Origin: a virus
Lineage: Duplodnaviria > Caudoviricetes
Strand: one strand, 5' to 3'
Length of the DNA stretch: 33,644 nucleotides
Virus record (IMG/VR): IMGVR_UViG_3300005512_000168
Location: 1-33,644 of that record
Made by a program: the position numbers and the translations under genes. Position 1 is the stretch's first letter. Each line of letters starts with the position of its first letter. The notes beneath the pieces were generated by a model that worked only from the letters and a program-made list of their open reading frames with translations, was not told where the DNA came from and ran no database searches. This document shows, piece by piece, positions 1-9,125 of the stretch.

Positions 1-123
1 ACTGAGAGAGGTACTGATAAAAGGATACAGACTGACTCAACTGCTGCTGAGTCAACTCAAAGCGGATTAATTACCGCCTTTAATACTGACGGGCATTCAC
101 TAGGTAGCCACTCCAATGTGAAT
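1..123 (+). repeat. Terminal direct repeat, copy 1 (circular assembly overlap)
   Basis: Bases 1-123 are identical to 33522-33644, and the reading frame runs through the junction. Confidence 0.95.
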
Positions 124-1713
124 TATTCAGGGGAGGACTATGTAAACTGGACATTCCGCAAAGCCCCACGATTCTTCGATGTGGTTACTTATACGGGGAA
201 TGGTGTTTCATCATCAACAGCCAGAACAGCAAGAATACCACACAGTTTAGGAGTTACCCCTGGTTTTGTAATCATAAAGCGTACAGATACAACTAGCGAG
301 TGGATAGCAGCACACCACGCAAACGGTACTACTGGTAAAACATTATACTTAAACCTAACCAATGCGTCTGTTGGTGATATCGCATGGTCAACTTATTTTG
401 ATGATACTGACTTTAGTATTAACTGGTCTCCAGAAGCTAACTTTAATGTGTTAAATGCAACCTACGTAGCCTACATCTACGCCCACGACCCACTAGGCCC
501 ATCAGGTGATGGTAGTGATGGGTTGATTGCTTGTGGGAGTTATGTAGGGAATGACTCAACAGGCACGCATGATGGTCAAATTATTAATTTAGGATGGGAA
601 CCACAATATATACTAATTAAAGAGTCTTCAGATGGTGGTAGAGCGTGGGAGATTGTTGATACTATAAGGGGTATCCCTACAGGTGGTAATGCAAGTAGAC
701 TTTTTCCTAATATAGGCAATGCTGAATCCCAAAGTGTTATTGATGCAGAAGTAGATAGTACAGGATTTGTTGCAAAAGGGTATAACATAAATCAAGACGG
801 AAGAACCTACATCTACATGGCAATCCGTCGTGGCCCTATGGCTGTGCCTGAGAGTGCTAGTGAGGTGTTTGCTATTGATACAGCAAATGCAACTAATCCA
901 GATTACGTAAGTAATTTTGTCACGGATATGGCTATTGAAAATGATACGGACGGATTTAATCACAGTATCAACTCAAGACTTACTCAAGGAAAATACCTCC
1001 GTACTAATACTGCCGACTCTGAGTTTACTGATGCCAATCAAGCCGCCTATGATTTTATGAACGGATTTGGGCAAAATTTCGGTAGTAATGACAGCACAAG
1101 ACTATCCTATATGTTCCGCCGTGCGCCCGGCTTCTTTGATGTGGTGGCTTATACGGGGGATGGGTCTACTCAAAACGTGACTCATAACTTAGGCGTAACT
1201 CCTGAAATGATTTGGGTTAAACGCAGAAGTGGAACAGGGTCTTGGATGGTTTATATTAACGCTGTGCCATCAATAAATCTGTCGCTTAATATCGTTGATT
1301 TTTTTAGTTCAAGTAAAAGGATAAGCACTGCGTCAGACTCCACATTTACAGTAGTGAATTCTACGGAAGCTAATTCAAGCGGTGAAACTTATATTGCCTA
1401 TCTATTCGCAACAGTCCCCGGTGTATCCAAGGTGGGGAGTTTTACTACAACAGGTAGTGATTTAAATGTGGACTGTGGCTTCACCAACGGCGCAAGATTT
1501 ATCTTACTTAAAAAAACAAGTGCCACTCAAGACTGGATTGTTTTTGACACAGAACGTGGCATCGTTGCAGGAAATGATCCTTACCTTGCCTTAAATACCA
1601 CAGCCGCTGAAGTTTCAAATTATGATGCAATTGACCCCCTTTCATCTGGTTTTACACTGGTCGGAAGTTTTTGGGGGTCAGGTAGTAACTACATATTCCT
1701 AGCAATCGCATAA
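1..1713 (+). CDS. Tail fibre / virion structural protein, 3' part (begins at 33315 across the circular junction, ~639 aa total)
   Basis: Frame is open from base 1 and in frame with ATG 33315. Repeated FRxAPxFFDVVxYTGxG and YxAYxxA modules. Lies after the tail genes. Confidence 0.75.
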   Translation, partial: TERGTDKRIQTDSTAAESTQSGLITAFNTDGHSLGSHSNVNYSGEDYVNWTFRKAPRFFDVVTYTGNGVSSSTARTARIPHSLGVTPGFVIIKRTDTTSEWIAAHHANGTTGKTLYLNLTNASVGDIAWSTYFDDTDFSINWSPEANFNVLNATYVAYIYAHDPLGPSGDGSDGLIACGSYVGNDSTGTHDGQIINLGWEPQYILIKESSDGGRAWEIVDTIRGIPTGGNASRLFPNIGNAESQSVIDAEVDSTGFVAKGYNINQDGRTYIYMAIRRGPMAVPESASEVFAIDTANATNPDYVSNFVTDMAIENDTDGFNHSINSRLTQGKYLRTNTADSEFTDANQAAYDFMNGFGQNFGSNDSTRLSYMFRRAPGFFDVVAYTGDGSTQNVTHNLGVTPEMIWVKRRSGTGSWMVYINAVPSINLSLNIVDFFSSSKRISTASDSTFTVVNSTEANSSGETYIAYLFATVPGVSKVGSFTTTGSDLNVDCGFTNGARFILLKKTSATQDWIVFDTERGIVAGNDPYLALNTTAAEVSNYDAIDPLSSGFTLVGSFWGSGSNYIFLAIA

Positions 1714-1731
1714 GCTCACAGGAGAATCAAC

Positions 1732-2331
1732 ATGAGCGAATACAGAGTAAGAGCAACTGGTGAGGTCAAGAATCAAGGCCAAATCAGGAGAGACAACCCC
1801 AACGTATCCCTACCACGAGTATGGAACGATAACGTCTGTAACGTCTTGGGCATTGACCCAGTGCTAGCCGCACCGAAGCCTACCCCAACGGGTGACTACA
1901 AGTCAGTAGTACGCAATGGTGTCGAGCAAGACGCTAACGGCAACTGGGTTTACGCTTGGACTGAGCGTGATATGTTCAGTGACTACACCAATGATGAGGG
2001 TGTGACTGTCACTAAGGCAGAGCAGGAACAAGCATACACTGCTAAGAAGTTGGAGCAGTTGAAGCAATCTATTGAGAGTGCTGCTCAACGCAACCTTGAT
2101 AGTGCTGCTAAAGAGCGTGGGTATGATGATGCAGAGCGTTGCATCTCTTACATCACCTCAACTAACCCTACATGGAAGGCAGACGCTGATGCAATGAACA
2201 CTCACCGTGACGCTGTGTGGTCTAAGCTGTTTCAGATCATGGGTCAGGTAGAGAGCGGTGGTCGCGCTGCACCTACTGGGTATGATGAGATTGAACCAGA
2301 GCTTCCAGTGATTGATTGGACGCTGGCATGA
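1732..2331 (+). CDS. Tail-fibre-associated / assembly protein
   Basis: AGGAG RBS, directly follows the fibre gene. C-terminus (LDSAAKERGYD...YITSTNPTWKADA) resembles phage fibre-assembly proteins. Confidence 0.6.
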   Translation: MSEYRVRATGEVKNQGQIRRDNPNVSLPRVWNDNVCNVLGIDPVLAAPKPTPTGDYKSVVRNGVEQDANGNWVYAWTERDMFSDYTNDEGVTVTKAEQEQAYTAKKLEQLKQSIESAAQRNLDSAAKERGYDDAERCISYITSTNPTWKADADAMNTHRDAVWSKLFQIMGQVESGGRAAPTGYDEIEPELPVIDWTLA

Positions 2332-2489
2332 GGCCTCTCCACGTAACCATCCTCCTCTTTATGTTCACGCTATCAGGCTGTGAGCTATCAGAGGACGTGC
2401 AGATTGACGGCGAGATCTCACCAACAGAGTCAATGATCCTGCATGAGCTGATGAACAGGGTGGAAGAGAAGTACAACGAGAAAGAGTGA
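2328..2489 (+). CDS. Small lipoprotein (53 aa), possible spanin-like lysis accessory
   Basis: Hand translation MRPLHVTILLFMFTLSGC... shows a signal peptide with lipobox LSGC. ATGA and TGATG overlaps with both neighbours. Below the ORF-track cutoff. Confidence 0.6.
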   Translation: MRPLHVTILLFMFTLSGCELSEDVQIDGEISPTESMILHELMNRVEEKYNEKE

Positions 2490-2911
2490 TGTATGAGAAT
2501 CTGCTGCCGCATGAAACCTCACTGGAATACATTTCGTACCATGAAGATAGCTTCAAATACCAGTTGCTTGAGGAGTTAGCGGTGCAGACCCGTATCTACC
2601 CCACCGTACCCATCCATACAAAGGATATTGATTTGATGGCCAACGGGGTGCTACGTATTGCAGCAGGTTTTCCCTCTGATGGGCCTAGCGGTCCCACGAT
2701 TGATACTGATACCTTCATGCGTGGCGCGTTTGCTCATGATGCACTATATAAGCTGCTGCGTGAGGGTTTGCTTGATCAGAGGTGGCGCGTACCAGCAGAC
2801 CGAGAGCTTCAGCGTATATGCCTTGAGGATGGAATGTGGTGCGTCCGCGCGTGTTGGGTATATACTGGTTTACAGATAGCAAAGGGAAAACACGCTAAAC
2901 CAGCCGCATAG
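2489..2911 (+). CDS. DUF1353-like protein
   Basis: Motifs GFPSDGPS, AHDALY and ADRELQRI recall DUF1353. ATG overlaps the upstream TGA. Confidence 0.65.
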   Translation: MYENLLPHETSLEYISYHEDSFKYQLLEELAVQTRIYPTVPIHTKDIDLMANGVLRIAAGFPSDGPSGPTIDTDTFMRGAFAHDALYKLLREGLLDQRWRVPADRELQRICLEDGMWCVRACWVYTGLQIAKGKHAKPAA

Positions 2912-2920
2912 AGAGCCGTA

Positions 2921-3478
2921 ATGTGCAGTAACACCGAACTGAAAGATATAATCACAGAGCAAGGAAAGGCGTTCAGTGCTCACGTAGAGGACGAGATGGA
3001 GGGGCAGAAAGAGATTCGACAGATTCTGCACGACATCAACGAGCGCCAGAATGAGCTATTCCACCATCACCGCCAGCGTGCCGAGTGGGCTGCTCGCATT
3101 GATAAGCGACTGAGTAACGGGGTGCAATCCTTCCAGCAACTTGCGATCAATGACCAAAAGGCCGATGATCGTATTGATTCTGTAATTCGAAAGGTCTCAG
3201 AGTTAGGCTGTGCGGTAGACAAAAACGCCGATGGGATTATGAAAAGCAGGGCAGATATTAAGAGGCTTACCGCCGCTATTGAGTCTCTCGCAAAAGGTCT
3301 TGCTCCGATACTGGAGGTCATGCACAAGTTCACCGCTGCCATGCCATTCTTTGAGATGATCGGCAAGGCAACCACATGGGTAATTGAGAAGATCGCCCCG
3401 ATACTCGCAGTTATTGCAGCTATATGGGCCTACGTGAGCGAACCGTGGCGCTACTTCTCTGACTTCTTGAAGCACTAA
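2921..3478 (+). CDS. Coiled-coil protein with C-terminal membrane anchor (holin/spanin-like?)
   Basis: Helical body followed by hydrophobic IAPILAVIAAIWAYV. Last gene of the late arm. Confidence 0.5.
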   Translation: MCSNTELKDIITEQGKAFSAHVEDEMEGQKEIRQILHDINERQNELFHHHRQRAEWAARIDKRLSNGVQSFQQLAINDQKADDRIDSVIRKVSELGCAVDKNADGIMKSRADIKRLTAAIESLAKGLAPILEVMHKFTAAMPFFEMIGKATTWVIEKIAPILAVIAAIWAYVSEPWRYFSDFLKH

Positions 3479-3599
3479 TGATTGCCTTTTGTCAGTTTTC
3501 AGAAACCATGTGGATATGGATTTGCGCAGTATAAACATGGGCAAGGCAGCAGAATTACTACTGAAGCTAGCGGCGTGGTGATCTGGTCACTGATCCCAT

Positions 3600-3647
3600 A
3601 AAAAACACCCCTCATGGTGCGCAGATCCAACGGGATGCGTGAGGGGT
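3600..3647 (-). terminator. Intrinsic terminator between the convergent arms
   Basis: Stem ACCCCTCAT (3607-3615) / GTGAGGGGT (3639-3647), with an A-tract on its left that reads as a U-tract on the minus strand. Confidence 0.55.
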
Positions 3648-3689
3648 TAGGGAGGAGTTGGAATAACTCTAGGAAGTGGGGTTAGTGTA

Positions 3690-4037
3690 TCATCTATCAT
3701 CACCATCGCCAAGTAGTGTACCTCTACGTTGTCGGTCAGCCAGTTTGTCGATATTGGTCTTGGCTACATCAGACAGCTTGAACCCTAGCTGTGTGGCTAT
3801 CTCTGCAACGCTCCAAAGGCAATCACCCAGTTCCTTTTTAGCTGCAGCAACATCTATCTGCTTATTGTCACCCCTTAACTTTACCTTTGTAAACTGACTG
3901 GTTAGCTCTCCAGCCTCTTCATGCAGCAGCATCATTGGGTACATATCATTCCTGTAGTTTGCTGTCTTGTGCGCCAGATATTGATATTCATCAAGTTCCA
4001 TTGATTCTTCCTTAGTCAGTAATGAGTCCTGGGTCAT
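3690..4037 (-). CDS. mazG: MazG-like NTP pyrophosphohydrolase
   Basis: EEAGE...KELGDCLW motifs and C-terminal NIDKLADRQRRG..GDGDDR. AGGAG RBS before ATG 4037. Confidence 0.85.
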   Translation of the reverse strand: MTQDSLLTKEESMELDEYQYLAHKTANYRNDMYPMMLLHEEAGELTSQFTKVKLRGDNKQIDVAAAKKELGDCLWSVAEIATQLGFKLSDVAKTNIDKLADRQRRGTLLGDGDDR

Positions 4038-4319
4038 TGCTTTTTCTCCTTGGTTGAGTTGGCAGGTGTTTGGAGTGATTATTTTCGTCCTCACAATACT
4101 GGCATCGTGATTGGTCTAAATGCCGCCAGCCACACCATCGGCACCCGTCATATTTAGGGTCAGATTCGTGAAGCGGCTCATTCATCCTCTTTCTTCTCCT
4201 CTGCTTGATTGGGTCTCGGCATTTTCACCTCGAAATAACGCATCCCATTCGCTATACATTGCTGATAGCTTTGATCGGAGCACGACCATCGGCAGTTATC
4301 GCAGCAAGGCGTTGTAGTT

Positions 4320-4898
4320 CTATCCATTCCTACTTCCTCCAAACACGTTAGGGCATTCAATCTGTAACTGTCGCTCAATCTCTAGCGCCACTTGTCTGAT
4401 CTCCCACTGTGCAGCCTTGTCGGTACGCAGTGCGATAAAGTCAAGCCAACTCTGGAGATTGCCTGTCACCACAAGTTCTGTAGTAGCGGCATTAGGTAGC
4501 ACCATACGGGCATCTTCTTTCTTCATGCCCGCATCAATCAGCATGCCATAGTAATCTCTGGCGGAATCCATAGCCTCTGCGAAAATGGACTCGACGTGAT
4601 TATTGTCAGCAATGTCGATGTATGCAAAGTTCTTCTCGCTGCAATATCTCTGAGATCTTTGTAGGAAATCCAAGTGTTTCGATCTAACAAATTGATGACT
4701 ACAGGCTCTACTAATACCCTCCACCCTGAAGGTAGCGATAGCGTGTCTGAGTGTAGACAGGTGCTTAACCCTCATCAGATGCTTGATACGCTTCTCATTC
4801 TTCATCGGGTCGGTTGTATCGCTGTCATAGCAGACTGCGCTGTACCTGCTGATGAGTTCTTCAGCGTTTGGGGTTATGTGTTCTAGTGTGATTTTCAT
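4320..4898 (-). CDS. thyX: Flavin-dependent thymidylate synthase
   Basis: H.S.L.H, ISRACSHQFVR, SQRY, EDARMVLP and AQWEIR motifs. Confidence 0.9.
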   Translation of the reverse strand: MKITLEHITPNAEELISRYSAVCYDSDTTDPMKNEKRIKHLMRVKHLSTLRHAIATFRVEGISRACSHQFVRSKHLDFLQRSQRYCSEKNFAYIDIADNNHVESIFAEAMDSARDYYGMLIDAGMKKEDARMVLPNAATTELVVTGNLQSWLDFIALRTDKAAQWEIRQVALEIERQLQIECPNVFGGSRNG

Positions 4899-5143
4899 TC
4901 TTTCAACCCCTTTGCTATCAGGTTCCGCCTCTCCGTAAGCTGCTTCACCATTGCGTGAAGATGGGCTGCGTCTGTTGGTCCGATCAGTCTAGCCATCTCA
5001 CGCTCTATGCAGTAAGGGCATTTCCAACCACCTCTGGCTGGATGTTCATCGCACTGCTGGCAGGTTGAGAATGTAGAATGGTATGCTGGGTATTGGTACA
5101 GTAGGTTGCTATATAGCCTATCGAACTGGTCTACTTTAGACAT
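4895..5143 (-). CDS. Hypothetical Zn-finger protein
   Basis: Two CxxC pairs; 4-bp overlap with the thyX start. Confidence 0.55.
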   Translation of the reverse strand: MSKVDQFDRLYSNLLYQYPAYHSTFSTCQQCDEHPARGGWKCPYCIEREMARLIGPTDAAHLHAMVKQLTERRNLIAKGLKE

Positions 5144-5194
5144 TGTTCTTCTCCCTACCTTTGTTGCTCCAGTTTTTGCAAGTCGCGCAGGTCA

Positions 5195-5839
5195 TCACTC
5201 TATCCTCCCCCATATTTTTCCTGTTTTTATGTCTGTAATTGTGGATGGGCTTACTTCAAATTCTCTAGCTATATCCGCTGCCTTAGCACCTTCGTTGATT
5301 GCTAATCGGATTGTGGTTACGTCTAATATATCGAGCCTTGATACTCTTCTGTTTCTCGACTGCTCTAAGTTGGTTGCCCATCCGCAATTGCTTGGCTCAT
5401 AATTTCCGTTTGGATCTATCCTGTCGATTGTGAGTTCAGCTTTATATCCATTGGTAAAAGCCCACCATCTAAATACTGTAAAGTCTAGCCATTCATCACA
5501 AACGACAATACCTCTGCCGCCGTAATTGTTGTATCCATTGGTATTTGGGTCATAGCATCGACGCTTCATGTTTACCCATTTTTTGTAGATGTCGGTCCCT
5601 GTGCCGTGATGCGTGGCATTGGCTTTTCCTGACTTTGATGCTGCTGCTTTTTGTAAGCACCCGCATGATTTTGTGCTCCCTGATCTCAGGCTGCTGGTTT
5701 CTATGGCTTTTGCTTTACCGCAATCGCACAAGCAATACCATCGAGTTCTTCTTGGCTTTATAGCTCTCGCCTGACTGATGACTTCTAGTAGTCCGTATCT
5801 GTGGGCGGTTAGGTTGAGCTTGTTGTGTGCTTTACGCAT
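5195..5839 (-). CDS. HNH homing endonuclease-like protein with C-terminal HTH
   Basis: WxCxCDCG, SCGC, YGGRGI.VC..W, TIDRIDPNGNYEPSNC motifs and a terminal HTH (IAREFEVSPSTI). Confidence 0.85.
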   Translation of the reverse strand: MRKAHNKLNLTAHRYGLLEVISQARAIKPRRTRWYCLCDCGKAKAIETSSLRSGSTKSCGCLQKAAASKSGKANATHHGTGTDIYKKWVNMKRRCYDPNTNGYNNYGGRGIVVCDEWLDFTVFRWWAFTNGYKAELTIDRIDPNGNYEPSNCGWATNLEQSRNRRVSRLDILDVTTIRLAINEGAKAADIAREFEVSPSTITDIKTGKIWGRIE

Positions 5840-5877
5840 AATTTACCCCTTACAGTAAATGACCTTAGAGAAAAGTG

Positions 5878-5926
5878 TGTGCCAGCCAACTAAGGTATTG
5901 GTGTTCAGCCGCTAAGCCTAGGCACA
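5878..5926 (-). ncRNA. C4-antisense-like cloverleaf RNA upstream of the HNH gene
   Basis: Minus strand: closing stem TGTGCC(T)AG/CTGGCACA with two inner hairpins. Loop ACCTTAG is complementary to downstream CTAAGGT and to TAAGG in the RBS. Confidence 0.6.
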
Positions 5927-5943
5927 GATTCAATATACATGGC

Positions 5944-6180
5944 CTACCCGTCAGTTGCAATATTCATCAGCACAGGTGTGCACATTTTTAACTCAATATC
6001 CCCCTCTCCGTTGGTTTTGGTGCGCTTGCCTGTTAATAGACTTAGATCCTCATCTCTGATGCACGTATCTTGAGATAAATATGGAACGCTGCGTTCAATG
6101 GTTTTTATTGTGTGTTGGCTAAAGTCTCCTTGTGGCACCGTCCAAATTGATAATGCCCATCCAATTACTATCGTTTTCAT
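5944..6180 (-). CDS. Hypothetical protein
   Basis: AGGAG RBS and ATG; hydrophobic N-terminus. Confidence 0.5.
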   Translation of the reverse strand: MKTIVIGWALSIWTVPQGDFSQHTIKTIERSVPYLSQDTCIRDEDLSLLTGKRTKTNGEGDIELKMCTPVLMNIATDG

Positions 6181-6249
6181 CTCTGATTCTCCTAAAATTA
6201 AATACCCCTTTCACACGCATCCAAGGCGGGGCGAACCTCTGATTCGACA

Positions 6250-6441
6250 CTACTTTTTTGCCTTGCTTTTATCGCTTAGCTCAAGGGTCGGGGTCGGCCC
6301 TATATTGCCGTGGCAAGAGTCTGTGCGTGCTCCAGACTTGGATTCTCTATCAATAATCTTTTGCTGATCCTCCGAGACTTTCTTATTGCTCAGAAAGGAG
6401 GGGTTCCAAGACTTCCACGGGTGAGCTTTGTTATTTCTCAT
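6250..6441 (-). CDS. Hypothetical protein (63 aa)
   Basis: ATG 6441 overlaps the upstream stop (ATGA). Confidence 0.4.
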   Translation of the reverse strand: MRNNKAHPWKSWNPSFLSNKKVSEDQQKIIDRESKSGARTDSCHGNIGPTPTLELSDKSKAKK

Positions 6442-6608
6442 GCTTTCTCTGCCTTTGCTAAATATTCTGACAAGCAATCTAACGCTATCTCACAACGCCT
6501 CATCCGGTCATACCAGTAATCAACTCTGCGTTGTTCATACATCCGCCGTGCGTGGATAAGCTGCGCTAGTAGGCTTCGCTTGAAACCTGAAATAGTTGGA
6601 GGGTTCAC
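6438..6608 (-). CDS. Hypothetical protein (56 aa)
   Basis: Hand-translated MNPPTISGFKRSLL...; GTGA overlap upstream and ATGA overlap downstream. Confidence 0.5.
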   Translation of the reverse strand: MNPPTISGFKRSLLAQLIHARRMYEQRRVDYWYDRMRRCEIALDCLSEYLAKAEKA

Positions 6609-6994
6609 GACCACCTCCGTTGGCAGATCATGTGGACATCAAAAGAGTAGGGTCGATCAGTCATAATGGACCTCTTCTCATTCTTGATTATCCGGAGCCT
6701 TGCTCGCTCCTCTTTGCGCCTCTCGCTCAGTAGCTTGTTTCTCTGCTTCTTTTCTGCGACATATTTGGCAGGAACTTTCCTCTCTGGAAGCAGGCGGTAC
6801 TCTATTAGGCTGTCAGTTTTACGTTTCTCTGCGAATCCCTGTATCACAGCCTTATATAGAAAGTTGCCGAGCCTCCCTTGATATTGTGGGAGTTCAATAT
6901 TCTGGCGCTTTATCTCTCTCCTTACATCTTTGACGGTTGCCCAATCACCTATAGAATCGAGCACATCTCTTATTGTTTCTGCGATTGACTGCAT
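6605..6994 (-). CDS. Basic hypothetical protein, possibly winged-helix DNA-binding
   Basis: AAGGAG RBS; helical N-terminus and Arg/Lys-rich C-terminus. Confidence 0.55.
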   Translation of the reverse strand: MQSIAETIRDVLDSIGDWATVKDVRREIKRQNIELPQYQGRLGNFLYKAVIQGFAEKRKTDSLIEYRLLPERKVPAKYVAEKKQRNKLLSERRKEERARLRIIKNEKRSIMTDRPYSFDVHMICQRRWS

Positions 6995-7082
6995 TATTCT
7001 CTCCTTAATATAGAGTGCCTGCTGTGCGCTAACGAAGGCAGGCGCTCCGCTCTATATCCTGACGCACTCAGGTGGAGGACGG

Positions 7083-7388
7083 TCAAAATGGTATACTGCT
7101 ATCCAGATCGTCATGTTGTTGCGGTGCTGCTGGCGCTTGCTGTGCTGGTGCTTGCTGGTTGCTGCGATCAAAGACACTAGCAATCAGGTTAGTGCGCACC
7201 TCTTTTCCTTGCTTGTGGTTCATCATGTTTTGAAGTGCAAGGCACCCTGCTAGATCAACGGTTGGTTCGAGCAGCATATATTCGCCATTCTGCCCTTCCA
7301 TGATTGTTCCGATCTTGATGTATTTAGTTTTTTCCTCTCCCTGCTTGTTTAAGTATTTTTCTGTGGCAATTGATACATCTTTAGGCAT
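7083..7388 (-). CDS. Single-stranded DNA-binding-like protein
   Basis: Q/A/P-rich linker and acidic tip DDLDSSIPF; lies in an operon with ERF and the exonuclease. Confidence 0.7.
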   Translation of the reverse strand: MPKDVSIATEKYLNKQGEEKTKYIKIGTIMEGQNGEYMLLEPTVDLAGCLALQNMMNHKQGKEVRTNLIASVFDRSNQQAPAQQAPAAPQQHDDLDSSIPF

Positions 7389-8056
7389 TACTTTGCTCCT
7401 GTCATTTTTTGAAAAATTTCATAGGTCAGTCTACAATCTTCTTTGCAATATTCGGCGCATTCACTGTCCGTCATATCGAGAGAAGCGGCACCGTCACCAT
7501 TCTTGGTTTCGCCCAATAGAGCAAAGGCCAAATCATCCAGTTTGACGTAACCAGCGGCACCATAGACAAACTGCCCTGACCACTCTATTTGAGTATCAAA
7601 CACATCAGTAGAGTATCTGGTGTAGTAGCAACCCATCCAGTTAGGCATTTTCACGCCAAGAACAATAGCTCTCTTTCTGATGAAGGTTAGATCAAACGCT
7701 TTCACGTTATGCCCTACAATAGTCGGCACATAAGGCAATCCGTCTGCATCCGTCTTGTGCAGTGCATTCATTATGCTGAAGAACCGCTCCAGAATGTCTT
7801 TCTCGGCCCCTGTAAGGACTTCAGGCTCTCCATCATTAAACTGATAGCCGATCATCTTGATAGAGCCGTACAGAGGCTCTAAGGCGGTTTTACGCTGTGC
7901 CTCAACCTTCTGGTCGTTACCCTTCTCTCTCCACCACTTCTCAATAGCATCCTCGCTCTTGTAGTTGGCTGGTGGTGTTACCTTACTACACACTCGCTCA
8001 ATCACTGCTGGATCGTGTGAGTAGTCACTTTCGATGTCGATTGTGATAATTGTCAT
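7388..8056 (-). CDS. DEDD 3'-5' exonuclease (PolB-exo/RNase H-like)
   Basis: ExoI DIES, ExoII GHNVKAFD and ExoIII YCKED. ATG 8056 overlaps the erf stop. Confidence 0.85.
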   Translation of the reverse strand: MTIITIDIESDYSHDPAVIERVCSKVTPPANYKSEDAIEKWWREKGNDQKVEAQRKTALEPLYGSIKMIGYQFNDGEPEVLTGAEKDILERFFSIMNALHKTDADGLPYVPTIVGHNVKAFDLTFIRKRAIVLGVKMPNWMGCYYTRYSTDVFDTQIEWSGQFVYGAAGYVKLDDLAFALLGETKNGDGAASLDMTDSECAEYCKEDCRLTYEIFQKMTGAK

Positions 8057-8646
8057 TTCCCTGCTCCCATTACTTCTTTTATCCACTCATGGCAGTCATC
8101 ACTAAGCTGGCTCCATACCCATGCTTTACGATCTCCGATCAAACCCTTCAGTTCGTCACGCAGACTGTCGGTATCGCCATTCTGGTGCGCTACACCAATG
8201 ATTTTCACCTGCTCTTTATCAGCCTGAGAGGGCTTGTAAGCGGCTTTCTTGGTTGTATGAGCTACCGCAGCATTACCATCATCATCTACGCTAGGAACGC
8301 CAGCGAGAGCCTGTAGGCCGTATCTCTTGGCGTATGTGATAGCTGAACCGTAACCTTGCGCGTCATTCTTGGTTGGTGGGAGCACGGTATCTGACTCAAT
8401 CCATTGTCCTGATGAGTGCATGATTCTAGTCTTTACTGAGATGTTACCCTCTGTAAACTCTGCTCCCTGTACGAATGACAGATCATGCTCTGCAAATGGT
8501 GTACTGATAGCTGCCATTACCTCAGACAAGTCTGAATACTTGGATTTGAAGAAAGGGTTGTTTGCCGCTTTCTTTGCTCCAGTCATTTCAGCTTGCGCTT
8601 TGGATAGTGCGGATGCAATCTCGTTAATTTCTGTCGATGTTTTCAT
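8053..8646 (-). CDS. erf: ERF-family single-strand annealing protein
   Basis: NPFFKSKYSDL, HSSGQWIES, GSAITYAKRY and DDDGN motifs. Confidence 0.92.
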   Translation of the reverse strand: MKTSTEINEIASALSKAQAEMTGAKKAANNPFFKSKYSDLSEVMAAISTPFAEHDLSFVQGAEFTEGNISVKTRIMHSSGQWIESDTVLPPTKNDAQGYGSAITYAKRYGLQALAGVPSVDDDGNAAVAHTTKKAAYKPSQADKEQVKIIGVAHQNGDTDSLRDELKGLIGDRKAWVWSQLSDDCHEWIKEVMGAGK

Positions 8647-8852
8647 TGCTCTCTCTCCTGCAATGCGAAGCCCAACTTGGCGACCACTGCCTCCGCCTCT
8701 TCTGGCGTAAGGGTCAGGCCATCATCGCCGAGACTGATGTGGATCAGGTCGCCCTCATCCTCTATCGTGACCACGCTATCAGGACGTGGGAATGTGTGGT
8801 TGAAAGTGTCTGGAAATAGTGCATCCAGCGGATTGTATTGAAGCGGATTCAT
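8643..8852 (-). CDS. Hypothetical protein
   Basis: 4-bp overlaps at both ends. Confidence 0.55.
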   Translation of the reverse strand: MNPLQYNPLDALFPDTFNHTFPRPDSVVTIEDEGDLIHISLGDDGLTLTPEEAEAVVAKLGFALQEREQ

Positions 8853-8938
8853 AGTGCTAGCCCCAAAAAAATGATTGATACAAGTGAGATGGCAAACACG
8901 ATATTGTGGGTGATCTCGACACGATCTTGCTTAGTCAT
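8849..8938 (-). CDS. Small membrane peptide (29 aa)
   Basis: MTKQDRVEITHNIVFAISLVSIIFLGLAL; GGGAG RBS; fills the gap and overlaps both neighbours. Confidence 0.5.
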   Translation of the reverse strand: MTKQDRVEITHNIVFAISLVSIIFLGLAL

Positions 8939-9125
8939 TGTTGATCTCCCAGTCTGCGGTGTTGAAGTGGTTTTCGCATTCCGCTTGAATCTCATCCAAT
9001 ATAATCTCCAGTTTCAGAGCCATCTCATCCCACGCCATCTCTGCATCAATACCGCGATTTCCAGCGGCCTGCGAATATATCCACTTCAATGAGGTGAGTG
9101 CTTGATTGAGCTTTTCCATGATCAC
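8931..9125 (-). CDS. Hypothetical protein
   Basis: GGAGG RBS; part of a tightly packed operon (start may be ATG 9119). Confidence 0.55.
   Translation of the reverse strand: MIMEKLNQALTSLKWIYSQAAGNRGIDAEMAWDEMALKLEIILDEIQAECENHFNTADWEINND

Noticed and set aside
1-123. Terminal repeat as a biological packaging DTR or att site
   Set aside because: It falls mid-gene and in frame, which is best explained as overlap from a circular assembly.
1-2331. Diversity-generating retroelement or invertible fibre switch
   Set aside because: No reverse transcriptase, invertase or adenine-specific TR/VR pair is visible.
7008-7072. Two hairpins with 5-nt complementary loops (GTGCG/CGCAC) after the SSB-like gene
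   Set aside because: The stems are real, but a 5-bp loop match is too weak to call a kissing-loop RNA without covariation data.
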